Assembly: GCA_036660495.1 (NCBI GenBank)
Contig: JAVXAN010000002.1
Coordinates: forward strand, 1 to 36,995
Direction: 5' to 3'
DNA: 36,995 nt
From: Bacilli bacterium
GTDB taxonomy: Bacteria > Bacillota_I > Bacilli_A > RF39 > UBA660
Numbering within the stretch: position 1 is the stretch's first letter; each line of letters opens with the position of its first letter. Both the position numbers and the translations under genes were made by a program. The notes beneath the pieces were generated by a model, which had not been told where the DNA came from, made no database searches, and worked only from the letters and a program-made list of their open reading frames with translations. Shown piece after piece: positions 36,623-36,995 of this stretch.

Positions 36623-36809
36623 TAAATAAAGATTCCTTAGTATCATTATATTTTTTATTCCATCTCATAAGAGAAGCTTTACTAATTTTATATCTTCTAC
36701 AAACAAAAGATATTAGATTACCATTTCTATAAAGTTTTATTGCATTTATTTTTGTTGTTAAATCATGTGGATAATAACGTTGAAATTGTGATATAATTTT
36801 TATAGCGAT
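36603..36809 (-). pseudogene. Truncated N-terminal HTH fragment of an IS transposase (integrase-class DDE, IS3/IS481-like)
   Basis: Reverse-strand translation ..QFQRYYPHDLTTKINAIKLYRNGNLISFVCRRYKISKASLMRWNKKYNDTKESL then FIKEKHL-stop. The pattern matches transposase N-termini (..AIKLY..G.S...V...Y.IS..SL.RW.K.Y.G..ESL), which normally continue into ..SRRPH... plus the DDE core. No ATG/GTG/TTG start, so it is absent from the ORF track. Confidence 0.5.
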
Positions 36810-36865
36810 TTATTCCTTTCGTAATGTTTTTATTGGACAATTAACATTTTACTGGATAAATCGCT
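36804..36865. repeat. Inverted repeat flanking the start region of the IS fragment
   Basis: agcgatttattcc (36804-36816) versus ggataaatcgct (36854-36865). These are complementary apart from one extra T, with a spacer of about 37 nt. Confidence 0.4.
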
Positions 36866-36995
36866 TTTTGTATATCAGAAATGTCTCACATCAATTGTAA
36901 CTCTACAGTTTAATGATTGAAACATATCAAAAGCAAATTGACAAATAGGAAAAATGAAATAATATAACTAACCAATTATCAATTCTTAATACTAT

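Larger units (their letters stand above)
32896..36995. mobile_element. Remnant of a mobilisable element/plasmid-derived island next to the tRNA pair (right boundary beyond the window)
   Basis: The content switches from housekeeping to a MobV relaxase, orphan ORFs, large hairpins and a truncated IS transposase fragment. The location immediately 3' of tRNA genes is typical for such elements. No integrase and no clear att repeat seen. Confidence 0.5.

Overview
About 37 kb of very AT-rich DNA (roughly 30% GC by eye, not computed) from a low-GC Bacillota chromosome. spoVS and sspI point to a spore-former lineage. Almost every gene is on the + strand. The host clearly uses the standard code: all long ORFs are uninterrupted and every Trp I checked is TGG. 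From 1 to about 32.9 kb the content is ordinary core: a zinc-ribbon/QN-rich membrane protein, spoVS, an orphan 368-aa gene, a Xer-type tyrosine recombinase, ppdK, addB-addA, glyA, folD, an Smr-domain protein, a 606-aa Cys-repeat surface protein, priA, rpsB-tsf-(thioredoxin-like lipoprotein)-frr, a Phe T-box leader with pheS-pheT, a convergent sspI, a DUF5684-like membrane protein carrying a 16-copy 30-bp in-frame tandem repeat, polA-mutM, a 141-aa orphan, and a tRNA(CAU)-tRNA-Leu(UAG) pair. Most transcription units start with a recognisable TGnTATAAT extended -10 promoter and end in a hairpin plus T-run. Directly after the tRNA pair (about 32.9 kb to the window end) the character changes to a decayed mobilisable-element remnant. 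It holds two tiny ATGA-coupled ORFs and a MobV (Mob/Pre) relaxase with no canonical start. The relaxase's only Trp-like positions are in-frame TGA codons, and a frameshift is likely near its 3' end. Further along are an orphan 471-aa coiled-coil protein, a strongly structured intergenic region (18-bp and 7-bp hairpins plus a terminator), an orphan 88-aa protein, and a truncated IS transposase HTH fragment on the - strand. I found no CRISPR array, rRNA, or recognisable defence or toxin domain. The best candidates for something new are the code-4-like relaxase module and the orphan cassette with its structured RNA/DNA element in this tRNA-adjacent island. All calls come from reading the sequence and remembered family signatures; no searches were run.
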